Origin: Mobula hypostoma | Taxonomy: Eukaryota | Direction: 5' to 3' | Assembly: GCF_963921235.1 (NCBI RefSeq) | Contig: NC_086108.1 | Coordinates: 83,702,001 to 83,766,000, forward strand | DNA length: 64,000 nt | Part shown: piece after piece, positions 37,836 to 49,989 of the stretch | Layout of the letters: each line of letters begins with the position of its first letter | Position numbering within the stretch: position 1 is the first letter of the stretch | The notes under the pieces: model-generated | What the model saw: only the letters and a program-made list of their open reading frames with translations | Told to the model about the DNA's origin: nothing | The model's database searches: none | Position numbers and translations under genes: made by a program

Positions 37836-38344
37836 ACTTGTGCTACTGATGAGTGCAGAATCCTCTAAGTTCTGAACTGAAGCTTCTATCTAGACTTTTA
37901 TGTTTGCCTCAAACCCATAATCTTCTGACTCGGAGACCAGAGCACTACCAATTGAGACAGAGCTGACAGCTTGTCTTGAGAGAAACAAGCTGGGCAGTAA
38001 AACATCTAGGAAATTTGCAATAAATTCACTAATAGTTTGCCATGCTTGCCGAAACCTAGTGAAACTAAAAAACTTCAAAAGGAGATTAAAACGGAATGGA
38101 AGAAATAAATTGGTCAGTGAGTCATGAAGTGAACATTTATTACTCTAATGAAAAGCCTGCATCCTGTTCCCCTGAACCATCCCCTCCATTAGCACACAAC
38201 CTTATAATATCCTCACATTAACAATTGCTGCTATGTCCAATCTACCCTATTCATTCTGGCTGACAGTCCATTGCAATTTGATGACGTGTTTCCAGAAAAA
38301 GAAGTCAGCAAATGATCCTGAATATAGCAACAAGTACTTAATGC

Positions 38345-39470
38345 TGAGATGCATCCTGGGATGCACTGGGACACATCATCAGGCATTGGGTGTTTCGGGT
38401 CTTTCTCCATCAGACACTCTTGCCCATGCAGCCCTGGCAGGGTTGATTAGGCTCTGGCTTGTGCCCCAGCAGCACTGGTCCACAGATCACACCTCTTGAT
38501 CCATAGCCAACTGGAGGCTCGTACAGCAGCCTCTGTGATGGTTCTGATGGTACTTTCCTTTGCAGCCCCCATAATGCCAAGGATAGAGTAGGTTCTGCAC
38601 AGCAAACAGCCAGCCAAACCTTTACACCCCACCTCTATAGGCTCACATCGTGCCCTCCACCCCTGTCTCTGGCATTGCTCTACCAGCTCCTGGCTTTTGG
38701 CTTTCTTACATTCAAATACCTCCTCAATCCAGTCTTCCCAAGGAACTGTCGGTTCTACCACGACCACCTGCTTTGAGGTTTCTGACAGAATGACCATGTC
38801 AGGCCTCAGTGATGACGATGTGATGAAGTCAAGGAACTTTACTTGCTTGCCCAGATTGACTTTCAGTTGCCAGTCAGACACTGCGGTGAGCAAGCCTGCT
38901 GGTGGTTTGCCCTAAGGCTGTGGTTGATTTCCAGCTTTGACAAAGGCTATGGGCGTTCTGGGTTGGCAGAGGTGCCTACTGTTGTTAATGGCTGAGGAGA
39001 GACTTTTTGCCACTGCTTTCAGCACCTGGTCATGGGACCAGCAGTAGCGGCCTTCTCCCAGGGCATTTGGGCAGCTGCTGAGGATATATTTCAGGGTCCC
39101 TCTGCCAGGACAGAGAGAACATGATGGTGCCTTACTTTTGCCCCAAGCAGAAAGGTTTGCTTTTCCCACCTTGTCCAAGTTCCCTGCTGCCTCATTCCTA
39201 CCATCCTGGTAGTACGCACTTCCTCAACAACTCCTCGAACCTCTTCCTGGACAAGTTTGCGTGTGACCCCGTTCTGAGCCCTGTTGAAGTGGGTAGAAGG
39301 GAAGATGCCCAACCTCACCTGACAAGACACCACTGTCCCTACCAGATTCCCGTGCCTCAGACATGACTGCCATCCCACTGCATCCTTGGCTTTCCATTTC
39401 CTGCCTGTACAGACCTCAATGTCTACTGACAAGACTTTGGGGTCACTGGAATCTATGTATAGCAGCAATA
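38345..39470 (-). mobile_element. Hero-clade non-LTR retrotransposon 3' fragment (zinc finger + restriction-like endonuclease + 3' UTR)
   Basis: CSLC...ILSSC...GRYCWSHDQVL; RPDMVILSETSKQVVVVEPTVPWED...KKAK...IEVGCKG (PD-(D/E)xK-type RLE); upstream TGRKWKA. Confidence 0.88.
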
Positions 39471-39489
39471 AAACATTAAATTTATAATT

Positions 39490-41230
39490 ACATAGAAAAC
39501 CTACAGCACCATACAGGCCCTTCGGTCCACAATGCTGTGCCGAACATGTACTTACCTCAGAAATTACCTAGGGTTATCCATAGCCTTCTATTTTTCTAAG
39601 CTCCATGTACCTATCCAGGAGTCTCTTAAAGACCCTATTGTATCCACCTCCACCACCGTCGCCAGCAGTCCATTCCACACACTCACCACTCTCTGCGTAA
39701 AAAAACTTACCCCTGACATCTCCTCTGTACCTACTTCCAAGCACCTTAAAACTGTGCCCTCTCATGTTAGCCATTTCAGCCCTGGGAAAAAGCTTCTTAT
39801 TATCCACATGATCAATTCCTCTCATTATCTTATACACCTCTATCAGGTCACCTCTCATCCTCTGCCGCTCTAAGGAGAAAAGGCCAAATTCACTCAACCT
39901 ATTCTCATACAGCATGCTCCTCAATCCAGGCGACATCCTTGTAAATCTCACTCTGCACCCTTTCTATAGTTTCCACATCTTTCCTGTAGTGAGGTGACCA
40001 GAACTGAGCACAGTACTCCAACTGGGGTCTGACCAGGGTCCTATATAGCTGTAACATTATCTCTCAGCACTTAAAATCAATGCAACAGTTGATGAAGGCC
40101 AATGCACCATATGCCTTCTTAATCATACAGTCAATTTGCGCAGCGGCTTTGAGTGTCCTATGGACTCGAACTCCAAGATCCCTCTGATCCTAATATGATA
40201 TTCTGTCATCATATTTGACCTACTAAAATGAACCACCTCACACTTATCTGGGTTGAACTTCATCCACCACTTCTCAGCCCAGTTTTGCATCCTATTTATG
40301 TCCCATTGTAACCTCTGACAGCCCTCCACACTATCCACAACACCCCCAACCTTTGTGTCATCAGCAAATTTACTAACCCATCCCTCCACTTCCTCATCCA
40401 GGTCATTTATAAAAATCACGAAGAGAAAAGGTCCCAGAACAGATCCCTGAGGCACACTGCTAGTCACCGACCTCCATACAGAATATGACCCGTCTACAAC
40501 CACTCTTTGCCTTCTGTGGGCAAGCCAATTCTGGATCCACAAAAGCAAGGTCCCCTTGGAACCCATGCCTCCTTACTTTCTCAGTAAGCCTTGCATGGGG
40601 TACCTTATCAAATGCCTTACTGAAATCCATATACACTACACCTACTGTTCTACTTTCATCAATGTGTTTAGTCACATTCTCATAAAATTCAATCCGTCTC
40701 GTAAGGCATGACCTGTCTTTGACAAAGCAATGCTGACTATTCCTCATCATATTATGCCTCTCCAAATGTTCATAAATCCTGCCCCTCAGGATCTTCCCCA
40801 TCAACTTACTAATCACTGAAGTAAGACTCACTGGTCTATAATTTCCTGGGCACTCTGTACTTCCTTTCTTGAATAAGGGAACAACATTTGCAACCCTCCA
40901 ATCCTCCGAAACCTCTCCCGTCCCCATTGATGATGCATAGATCATTGATAGAGGATCAGCAATCTCCTCCCTCTCCTCCCACAATAACCTGGGGTGCATC
41001 TTGTCCGGTCCCAGTGACTTATCAAACTTGATGCTTTCCAAAAGCTCCAGCACATCCTTTTTTCTTAATGTCTATGTGCTCGACCTTTTCAATCCACTGT
41101 AAGTCACCCCTACAATCACCAAGGTCCTTTTCCGTAGTGAATACTGAAGCAAAGTATTCATTAAGTACCTCTGCTATTTCCTCTGGTTCCATACACACTT
41201 TTCCACTGTCACACTTGACTGGTCCTATTC
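39490..41230 (-). mobile_element. 5'-truncated CR1 LINE (RT to 3' tail)
   Basis: [50 protein letters not shown]. Confidence 0.93.
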
Positions 41231-42134
41231 TGCAAGGGGGTGAATGGGGTAATAGTTTCACCACCTCAGCAACACAAGCACATCGGCCTGGATTTTAGCC
41301 TCCAGGTGTATTGACAGTGGTGATGAGGGGCAGTGGGCAATCATACATGGAAAACCCAAAAACATGAGAAGAGTCTTTCAGTGAGTCTTTCACACAGCTG
41401 CCACATTAATGGATGATTAGCAATGGTGTGCCTAACATCTACTTGCCTAATGTAATTTAGATAGACGCATGACCGGACAGAGAATGGAGGGATATAGATG
41501 TGCAGTTGAAGTTGGCATCGTGGTCAGACATGGTGGGCCAAAGTGTCCGTTCCTATGCTGAGCTATTCTATGTACTATTTACATTTTACAAGTGAGCAGG
41601 ATCATACATTAGATTACTCATAACAGAGAGTCTGTGTTGAAGAGCAAGGAATTTTAAGCACCACTCAGCTGGAAATAGATAATGCTATACTTCAGCGGCT
41701 GGACATGACACCACTTAAGCAGTAAGGGAGTATCTGATGTATTAGCAGGGATGAGCTGCAGGATGCTGCAGCCCTTTAGGGTGGCATTGACGTCCACAAA
41801 AGGAGTAAGAAACTGTATATGGTGTTTTAGTATGTCTATTGCTGCAGTACATACTGGATGTAAACAATGGTTGGACACTGTAGATGCTACCTTAATAGGA
41901 TGATTAATACCCTAACGTTGGACTTAATCTCAGTAAGTTATTGCCATCGCTAGTCAGAAAATGGTACTGTGCTATGAGAGTGGCAGCAGCTAAACCAGGC
42001 ATGGAAGTGGGGGCTCAGCACAAACATTCCACTTGGATCAAACTTCCACTCTGTACCTGGACTGCTGAATGACAGAAGGTTTAATCCTGCTTTAGACTCT
42101 GGAACAACAACAATGGGATAAATACTTTTCTTAT

Positions 42135-42398
42135 TTAGCGATACAGTAGGCCCTTCCAGCAACCCCACAGCCCCAATTAACTCTGACCTAATCACGGGAC
42201 AACTTACAATGACCAATTAACCTACCTGGCGGGTCTTTAGACTGTGCAAGGAAACCAAAGAACCGAGAGAAAACCCATGCATTCCATGATGAACATACAG
42301 AGAGTCCTTACAGAACAGCGGCGGAGTTAAACTCTGAATTCCGGCATGCACCAAGCTATAACAGTGTTGCACTAACCGCTTCACTACCGCAGCACCAA
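42135..42398 (-). mobile_element. tRNA-headed SINE (HE1/V-SINE-like)
   Basis: Minus strand gcggtagtgaagcggttagtgc head, ctgtaaggac core, gaagggcctactgtatcgctaaataa tail. Confidence 0.7.
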
Positions 42399-43129
42399 AT
42401 TAAAATTAAAGGTTTGTCTGCATACTAGGACTTCAACAGCAGAAAAGAACAATAGTTGAATAACAGGGGAACAAAGATAAGGAAAAGGGAGATCTGAAAG
42501 TAGAATTCTAAATAGTAACTTTAATACAAGAACTGACAGGAAATGAAAATGAAGTTGGAATAAAATCTCATGAACAACAATAGGTTGCTTTGGTCAATTT
42601 GTTCTAAAAAGTTAATTCATCTGTGGGTTTATGTTTAGGAACTTCTATGTTCAAGCTTCCCACTAAACTCCAGAAATTCTGAACCATTTGTTCTCTACCT
42701 TTGATGCAAGCCTTCTGTTGAGTTTTAACTGGTTAAAATCATGAAACACCACAATAATTCTATGCCTTGTCTCTTGCCAAGCTCCACTTACGTTCTTTAG
42801 ATGTGTGTAATTTCCTATATATAAATCCCCAGTCAGTAGCGTTAACTGGATTATGTAGTGACATCTGCCTCTGAAATTCAGTTTCATTGAAGTCAGTGTA
42901 ATAAATTTCTGAGACAAACTACAGTATGCCAAATTTCATTTGTGAGGTATTTTACACTACTGACCAGGGAAGGATTTCTTGGTATTGGTGTTCATGTAAG
43001 ATGACCAAACTCTGACCATGAATCTGCCATTGGCTAATATATTTTACTGTGTTTAAGACAGCAAATTTAATTTTAAAACCTGGAGTTAAAGTAGATCTTA
43101 TTCTAAATGTTAGTTTTGTTGTTCAGTAG

Positions 43130-44375
43130 AAAATAAAGTGAAATGCCAAGTGGATAGGGAAGTAATGAAAAGAAATTTTAAAAATTAAGTGCAAGAGAAT
43201 AGATTATTGGCCAACATGCTCAAACACCTTATTAATCAGATTACTCACAAGGTAGACAAAGAAATCAATTGAAATGAAGATCTTACTTTGGGGATGGAAT
43301 GTATTTCTGAGCTACTAATTGAGTATTTTGCAGCTATCTGCATTGACCCAGATAGTGAAAATATTCAATACACAGGGAAGTAGAAGTGAAATTCATCAGT
43401 ATTAAAATAAAGGAGAAGCAACCATTGAAAATGTTCACAAAGCTTAAAGTAGCAAAGTTACCTGGTAAAGATTGGAAGCATTATAGGCTAGCGAAACTAG
43501 CAATAAATAAATTCATGAGAGATTCAGCTAACATTTTGAAATCTTCTTGCATAAGGAGTTGGTACCAGTAGACTGAAGGGATAATTTTGCTCCCAGGTCC
43601 AAAAAATCAACTCCAGCTAAATCTGATAATTGAAGACTAGTCTGATGTCACTGGTGGGGAATCATTGCCCGGAGATAAAACTAAACAACACTCGGAAGAA
43701 TATGGAAGATATATAAGAAAAATCAAATAGTATATGACAAAATTGACTGAGTTCTCTGAAGAGATAATAAAAAGATTGAAATAAATAAAACCTACTTGTT
43801 TCTCTCTCTTTCCCAATCTGATGAAGGATCATAGACTTGAAATAATGACTATCTACTTGCATAGGTATCGACATGCGTTGGGATTGTTTCTTTTTATGAT
43901 TTGGATGACGATGATGGCTTTCCGGCCAAGCTTGCAGACAATAGGAAGATAGGTGAAGTTGCAGGTAGTGTAGAGGGAACAGGGAGGCTGCAGAAGGACT
44001 TCGACGTATTATGAGCATTGGCAAAAGAGTGGCAGATGAAATACAGGGTCGGGAAGTGTCTGGTCATGCACTTAAGTAGAAGAAATAAAAGCATAGACTA
44101 TTTATAAATTGAGAGAAAATTCAAATATCTGAGGTACAAAGGGACTTGGGAGTCTTTGTACGACTCCCTCTGTGGAATTTGTTGCCACAGGCGGCTGTGG
44201 AGGCCAAGTCATTGGGTATATTTAAGGCAGAGGTTGATAAATTCCTGATTAGTCAGGGCGTGAAGGATAACGGAGAAGGCTGGAGATTGGGGAAATGGAT
44301 CAGCCATGATGAATTGGTGGAGCAGACTCAATGGGCCAAATGGCCTAATTCTGCTCCTGCATCTTATGGTCTTAG
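43130..44375 (+). mobile_element. Highly degenerate CR1 fragments ending in a CR1 3' tail
   Basis: LWNLLPQAAVEAKSLGIFKAEVDKFL and tail gggccaaatggcctaattctgctcctgcatcttatggtc. Confidence 0.75.
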
Positions 44376-45289
44376 ATACCTTGTGGGTGTTTCCTCACTT
44401 GCTGAATTTATCCATTGTTTTCTGCTTTTTGCCACTACGTTGAAATATTTGCTGGGCTATGAGGAAAAAATGAAGGGAATAAAGCTAATCAGATTGCCCA
44501 TTTCATGCGTGCCTGCACTCTGAAGAACAATGTGACATTCAGTTCTTATTATTCTATGAGCTAGGTGCATGCTCGCAGCTAACGATCAAAAATTATGGTG
44601 ATCTTTTCCTGTAAGTTTTGTAAAGCTTTTCACTAATTATCTGTCAGTGGCATGACTGTTGACATGCTGAGGCTGGGTTTGCAGTAGGATATGAAGAATC
44701 AATGGTCTGTCTCAGCTGTACTGAGCAATATCTAATTAGTCCCTGGAAGCCATTGGCAAGTTTAAAAAGTAACCATGGATACCAGCTTTTAAAGGCTCCA
44801 ACCATTTAAAATTGAACATTTCTCTGGTATTGGTAAGTTTCATAACATGTCTCATGCGATAAAGTAAGAATTCATCACCCTTATTCACAATAAGCAATCC
44901 CAAGTTGCTTTTCAAACAGTTTTATAACAGAATGTTGTTGCCTAATATTCAAAACGGGATTGTATTGTAAATGGGCTTAAGCTAATTCTACCAACTGATA
45001 ATGTTACCAAAGTCATATTTTGTAATTGTATTGGTCTCATTAGTAAAACTTTGAACATGAAATTTCATCCTAAAGACATATTGGGTTGCATTTCAAATTT
45101 TAATGTCTACAGTATTTGTTTTTGTGCTTCATAGTTTAATTTAGTTTTTATTAGCTGCATCATGATCTGTTCTGTTTAGTCATCTTATACAATCTCCTGT
45201 TACACCCTGCCTTCATCACACTACCATTACCTGACTAACAAGATTAAAGATAACTAATAACACATTTACCGATGGCTATAAGACCATAT

Positions 45290-45555
45290 GGTACGGCAGT
45301 GTAGCGGTTAGCGCAAAGCTATTGCAGCTAGGGGCATCGGAGTACAATTCCAGCATCCTCGGTAAGGAGTCACCATATGTCTTCCCAATGGAATGGGTGT
45401 GTTTTCTCTGGGTGGGTACATTAATTGTTGGTTATTGTAAATTATCCCGTGATTAGGTTAGGGTTATAGCAGGGTTGTTGGACAGGTTGCTGGATGGTGC
45501 AGCTCGAGGGGCTGAAGGGGTCTATTCTGTGCTCTATCTCTAAATAAAAATAAAT
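45290..45555 (+). mobile_element. tRNA-headed SINE (HE1/V-SINE-like)
   Basis: ggcagtgtagcggttagcgc head, gtaaggag core, ctatctctaaataaaaataaa tail. Confidence 0.7.
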
Positions 45556-46666
45556 ATAAGCAGAAATAGACCATTCTGCCCATTAAGTCTGTTCCACCAT
45601 TCAATCATGAATGTGGACAATGAGCATATTAACTTCCCTTCACCCTATCATTGGTGATAAAGACCTCAGCACCAGGAATCCCTTCTTTATTCCATTCCAG
45701 CTCTTGCTATGCCATGAGCTCAGTTATGAGTTCAGATAACTTTTTAAAATATCTCTTAACTAACCCTAGCCGGTCTCTGCCTGACAGCTTGGAAAATCAA
45801 ATCTGTTCCCATTAAATATGACTCTCTTATTACTTTAAACATGAACTGGTAACATTGCTCCTGCTCTTGGTTTTAAATGAAAACGTGAGTTCCCAACAGA
45901 AGGCTGTTTCACTTTTGATGTCCTAACTATTGAAATAATATCGGGCTGGATTATGCTGCACACTTTGGACAAGGAATGGGAGAAGGCTGTACGGGTGACT
46001 TCAGTGAAACCACTGGTGACTTTCCTTGAAGCCTCATGGCACAATGGACAATGATTCTAACAGGATCTCCATTACAGAACAGTAAGTAGATTGGGGCTGA
46101 CTGTGGAAATTCAAAATCAGCTGCATTTGACTGATTGATCTCTCAAACTACCTGATATAACTCCCTCACATACTCCTTATGTGTAGAAATTGTATAGGTA
46201 TGGAACACTAAAGTGATTCCCTCGGACTAGTGGCCAGGAACCATAAACTAGTGTTTGACTTTAAAGCTAATAATATAATTCATTGCTTTCTCATTAGTTC
46301 TAGGCAGTGGGAAAACATTCAGGCACAAAAGGCTGAATGACCATGTGGCAATACTAAAGGCTAATTTGACAGATAAGTATGTTTGACCTCAAAATGTCCC
46401 AACGTTGATCATGGTTGAATACCATTTATTAACAAAGTATTAACTCTAAAAGAACCTTGAGATTCAGGTACAGCCACAAAACAAAGAAACCCAGTAGAAC
46501 ACATTCAAAAAAGACTGGCAAGTACCCAGTGGGCAGAGAGGGAAAAAACTAATTTGTGCAAACAATAAAAGTAAGCAAATAGCATGAAGTTCATGTAAAG
46601 TGAGTTCAGAGCGGTCATCACCGCAGCAGGTCCAGGAGCCTATTATTTGCAGGCCCCAACCTCAGT

Positions 46667-48215
46667 TCAAAGTTCAAAATTCAAAGTAAATTTATTATCA
46701 AGTACATACATGTCACCATACATATCAACTATATATGTCACCCTGAGATTCATTTCCTTGTGAGCACACTTAATAAATCCATAAAAGAGGAGGGAGGAGA
46801 AGATTGCGACGTGACGCAGCGCACGCGGCCTTTCCGGTGAATGATATTGGTATTTGTAAGTAGGATGCTGTGCACGATTCTGATTTGATGAAGAGAGACG
46901 TGAGAAGCAGAGGAACATCTGGAGAAAATTCTGAAATGCCCGGTTCTCTGCCGCTGCTACTGTGCGATCGAGAATCTCCAGAGGGGAAGGCCCCAAATCC
47001 TCGGCTTTGCCTGTTGCTGGCGGCCGGGGCTGGGGTCGAAGGGCTCGGCAGAGATGGTGCTCGGTGTTCGGTGCCAGAGGGCTGGTCGGAGGCTCGAAGT
47101 TTTCGGATGGACTCAGAGTCAGACTGTGGTCGGGTGCTTCCAGAATGCTGTAAGTTTGTGGCGCTGGAAGCTCATGGCAGGGAGAGTTTTCTTCCTTCTA
47201 CCATCTGCATGAGATAATGGGACTTTTGAGAGACTTTGAGACTTTTTTTTTTACTGTGCCCATGGTCTGTTCTCTATCAAATTACGGTATTGCTTTGCAC
47301 TGTTGTAACTATATGTTATAATTATGTGGCTTTTGTCAGTTTTTCAGTCTTGGTCTGTCTTGTGTTTCTGTGATATCATACTGGAGGAACATTGTATCAT
47401 TTCTTAATGCATGCATTTCTAAATGACAATAAAAGAGGACTGCGTGCCCTCATAATCTAATAATCTAATCTAATCTAATAGTGTACTAGCCATAATAGAA
47501 TGAATGAAAGACTGCACCGACTTGGGCACTCAGTCAGTGTGCAGAAGACAACAAACTATGCAAGTACAAAAAAAAATAATAATAATAAATAAACTAAGCA
47601 ATAAATATCAGAAATATGAGATGAAGAGTCCTTGAAAGTGAATCCTAGGTTCAAATTTGGGGCGAGTGAAGTTGCGAGAAATTATCCCCTTAGGTTCGAG
47701 AGCCTGATGGTTGAGGGAGTAATAACGTCCCTGAACCTGGTGGTGTGAGTCCTAAGGCTCCTGTACCTTCTTCCTGATGGTAGCAGCAAGAAGAGAGCAT
47801 CTCCAGGGTAGGGGCAGGTCCCTGATGATGGAGGCTGATTTCCTGTGACGACACTTAGTGTAGATGTGGTCAATGGTAGGGTTTGGGGGGGGGGGGCGGT
47901 GTTTTACCTGTGACAGACTGAGCCATATCCACTCCTTTTTGTAGGATTTCCCAAACGAGGGCATTGGTGTTTCCAATGTAACCAGTCAATATACTCTCTA
48001 TAATTTGTTTTTAAGTTTTAGATGTCATGTCAAATCCTCACAAACTCCTAAGGAAGTAGAGGTGTTGCTGTGCTTTCTTCAAAATTGCACTTATATACTG
48101 GCCCAAGATAGGTCCTCTGGTAGATTAACACCAAGGAATTGAAAGTTGCCGACCCTCTGCACATCTGATCCTCTGATACGGACTGGCTCATGGACCTCTG
48201 GTTTCCTCCTCCTGA
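46667..48215 (-). mobile_element. Rex1/Babar LINE 3' fragment, nested in an older non-autonomous element (~46430-48420)
   Basis: LLPSGRRYRSLRTHTTRFRD motif; tail aatgaatctcagggtgac...gataataaatttactttgaa. Confidence 0.8.
46787..47479 (+). mobile_element. CpG-rich non-autonomous retroposon with (TAATC)n tail
   Basis: GC/CpG-rich head gaggagaagattgcgacgtgacgc; AATAAA at ~47428; taatctaataatctaatctaatctaat tail; interrupts the Rex1 3' UTR. Confidence 0.75.
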
Positions 48216-48835
48216 AACACATTGATAAGTAAACCTCACCGAGCAGCAAACCCTACACTGGCCCATCCCTTGCCTCTGACCTTTTCAATGCTGCTCAGCA
48301 GTTAAATCGGACAAACAACGTTCCTCACTCCCGGACCCGAATCCTGCCACTTCCATATGCTCTCAGGCCCGGGACCTGCCGCCTTGATTTGGCAGTACCT
48401 GATATTTCCAGCCTGGCATAGAACTGAAGGAAAATAGAACATAGCGGGAAATCAACTATGATTTGACTTGCTGCATTGGGATTAAAGTATCCACAGACAA
48501 CATTTTAAAATATTATCATTACTTAAGTTACAAGCAGTAATATAAGTAATTATGCAAGAAATATATATTGCACAAATAATAATGAGTTACCTTAAGAATG
48601 AATAATTTCAGACCAGTCATCCATAGGTGTGCTTTTGCTACGATGATCACTGCAATGTGGATGTCAGAAAACAGTACATTTTGCAGTGACTAATTATAAA
48701 ATTAGAGGATCCAGTTTCTGTATTAGGCTGCATGCAGCTCATGATCTTCTGAATCAAAGGGGAAATTATTATAATTAATTTATGGGTAACCGGATAGCAC
48801 AAGGGACTGAACGGCCTACTCCAACACTATAACTT

Positions 48836-49501
48836 ACATTCTCATCCACGCCCTTATATCCTCCCGCTTGGACTATTCCAATTCCCTATATATTGGGTTT
48901 CGTCAGTCATCCCGTCTGCAACTGGTCCAGAATGCCGCAGCCAGGCTCCTGACAAGTGCCCAGAAGAGGGACCATATTACTCCTGTCCTGGCCTCCCTCC
49001 ACTGGCTGCCAGTATGGTTCAGAATTGATTTTAAGATTCTCCTGTTTGTTTATAAAGCCCTAAGTGGGCTGGCCCGCTCTTACATCACAGACCTTCTAAC
49101 CCCTTATTCTACTTCCAGGTCCCTCAGGTCGGCTGACTTGGGGCTCCTGGCTGTCCTGCAATCTAAACTTAAGCTCAGAGGTGACCGCGCCTTTGCTATT
49201 GTAGCCCCCAGACTGTGGAACAGCATTCCCCTCCCTATCAGATCGCCTTCTCCATCAACTTTTAAATCCAGGCTCAAATCTTACTTTTATTCACTAGCGT
49301 TTGAATCCTCCTGATGTGGCTGATTTTTGGCTTGTGCCTAGGCCCTTGTGTTGTTTCTTTTGTGCCTATAAGCTGTTTGCCTTCTTGGTTATGTCTGGGT
49401 TTCTTGTATTTGTGATTTTAACTATCTGCTCTGATCTATACAGCACTTTGCTCGACGTGAGTTGTTTTTAAACGTGCTATATTAATAAATTTGACTTGAC
49501 T
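48836..49501 (+). mobile_element. 5'-truncated L2 LINE
   Basis: IHALISSRLDYSNSL, LQLVQNAAARLLT, HITPVLASLHWLPV, GDRAFAIVAPRLWNS; aataaatttgacttgac tail; possible TSD TAACTT (48830-48835, 49502-49507). Confidence 0.92.
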
Positions 49502-49989
49502 TAACTTTGTTTTCAGAATAAGCACATTTTCCAAAAAAACATTAAATAAGGTGCCAGCTGACACAGAGGATTGGGTGACAGGAAGCGAAGAGCAGGGATA
49601 ACCACTTCATTTTTATGTCAGCAAACTCTTGCTATCAATGTACTTTAGCATTGAGCAGCTGGCTGGAGATGCCAAGTTAGAGATGAGGAGATGATTCCTA
49701 GGATGGAAGTAGTGAACCTTTAGAATTCTTTACACAGGAGGGCTCTGGAAGCTCACTCTATTCAAGACAAAAAAACAAGAGGTTTTTAGATGTCAAGAGA
49801 ATCAAGGAAGGTAGGTTGAGTGCAGGAAAAAACTGAGGTAAAAGATCAACCATGATCTTCTGGAATGGTGGAGAAGATACAAGGGACTGAATGGCCTACT
49901 CCTTTTCTACTTAAGTTCTTTAACTTTTTTTTAGAATAAGAGGCGAAATTCCAAAAGATGAATATGAATTTTCTGCTCCAGACAATGCT

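Noticed and set aside
45290..45360. tRNA genes (also 35775-35840 and 42330-42398)
   Set aside because: Degenerate tRNA-derived SINE heads followed by SINE core and LINE-like tail; no cloverleaf
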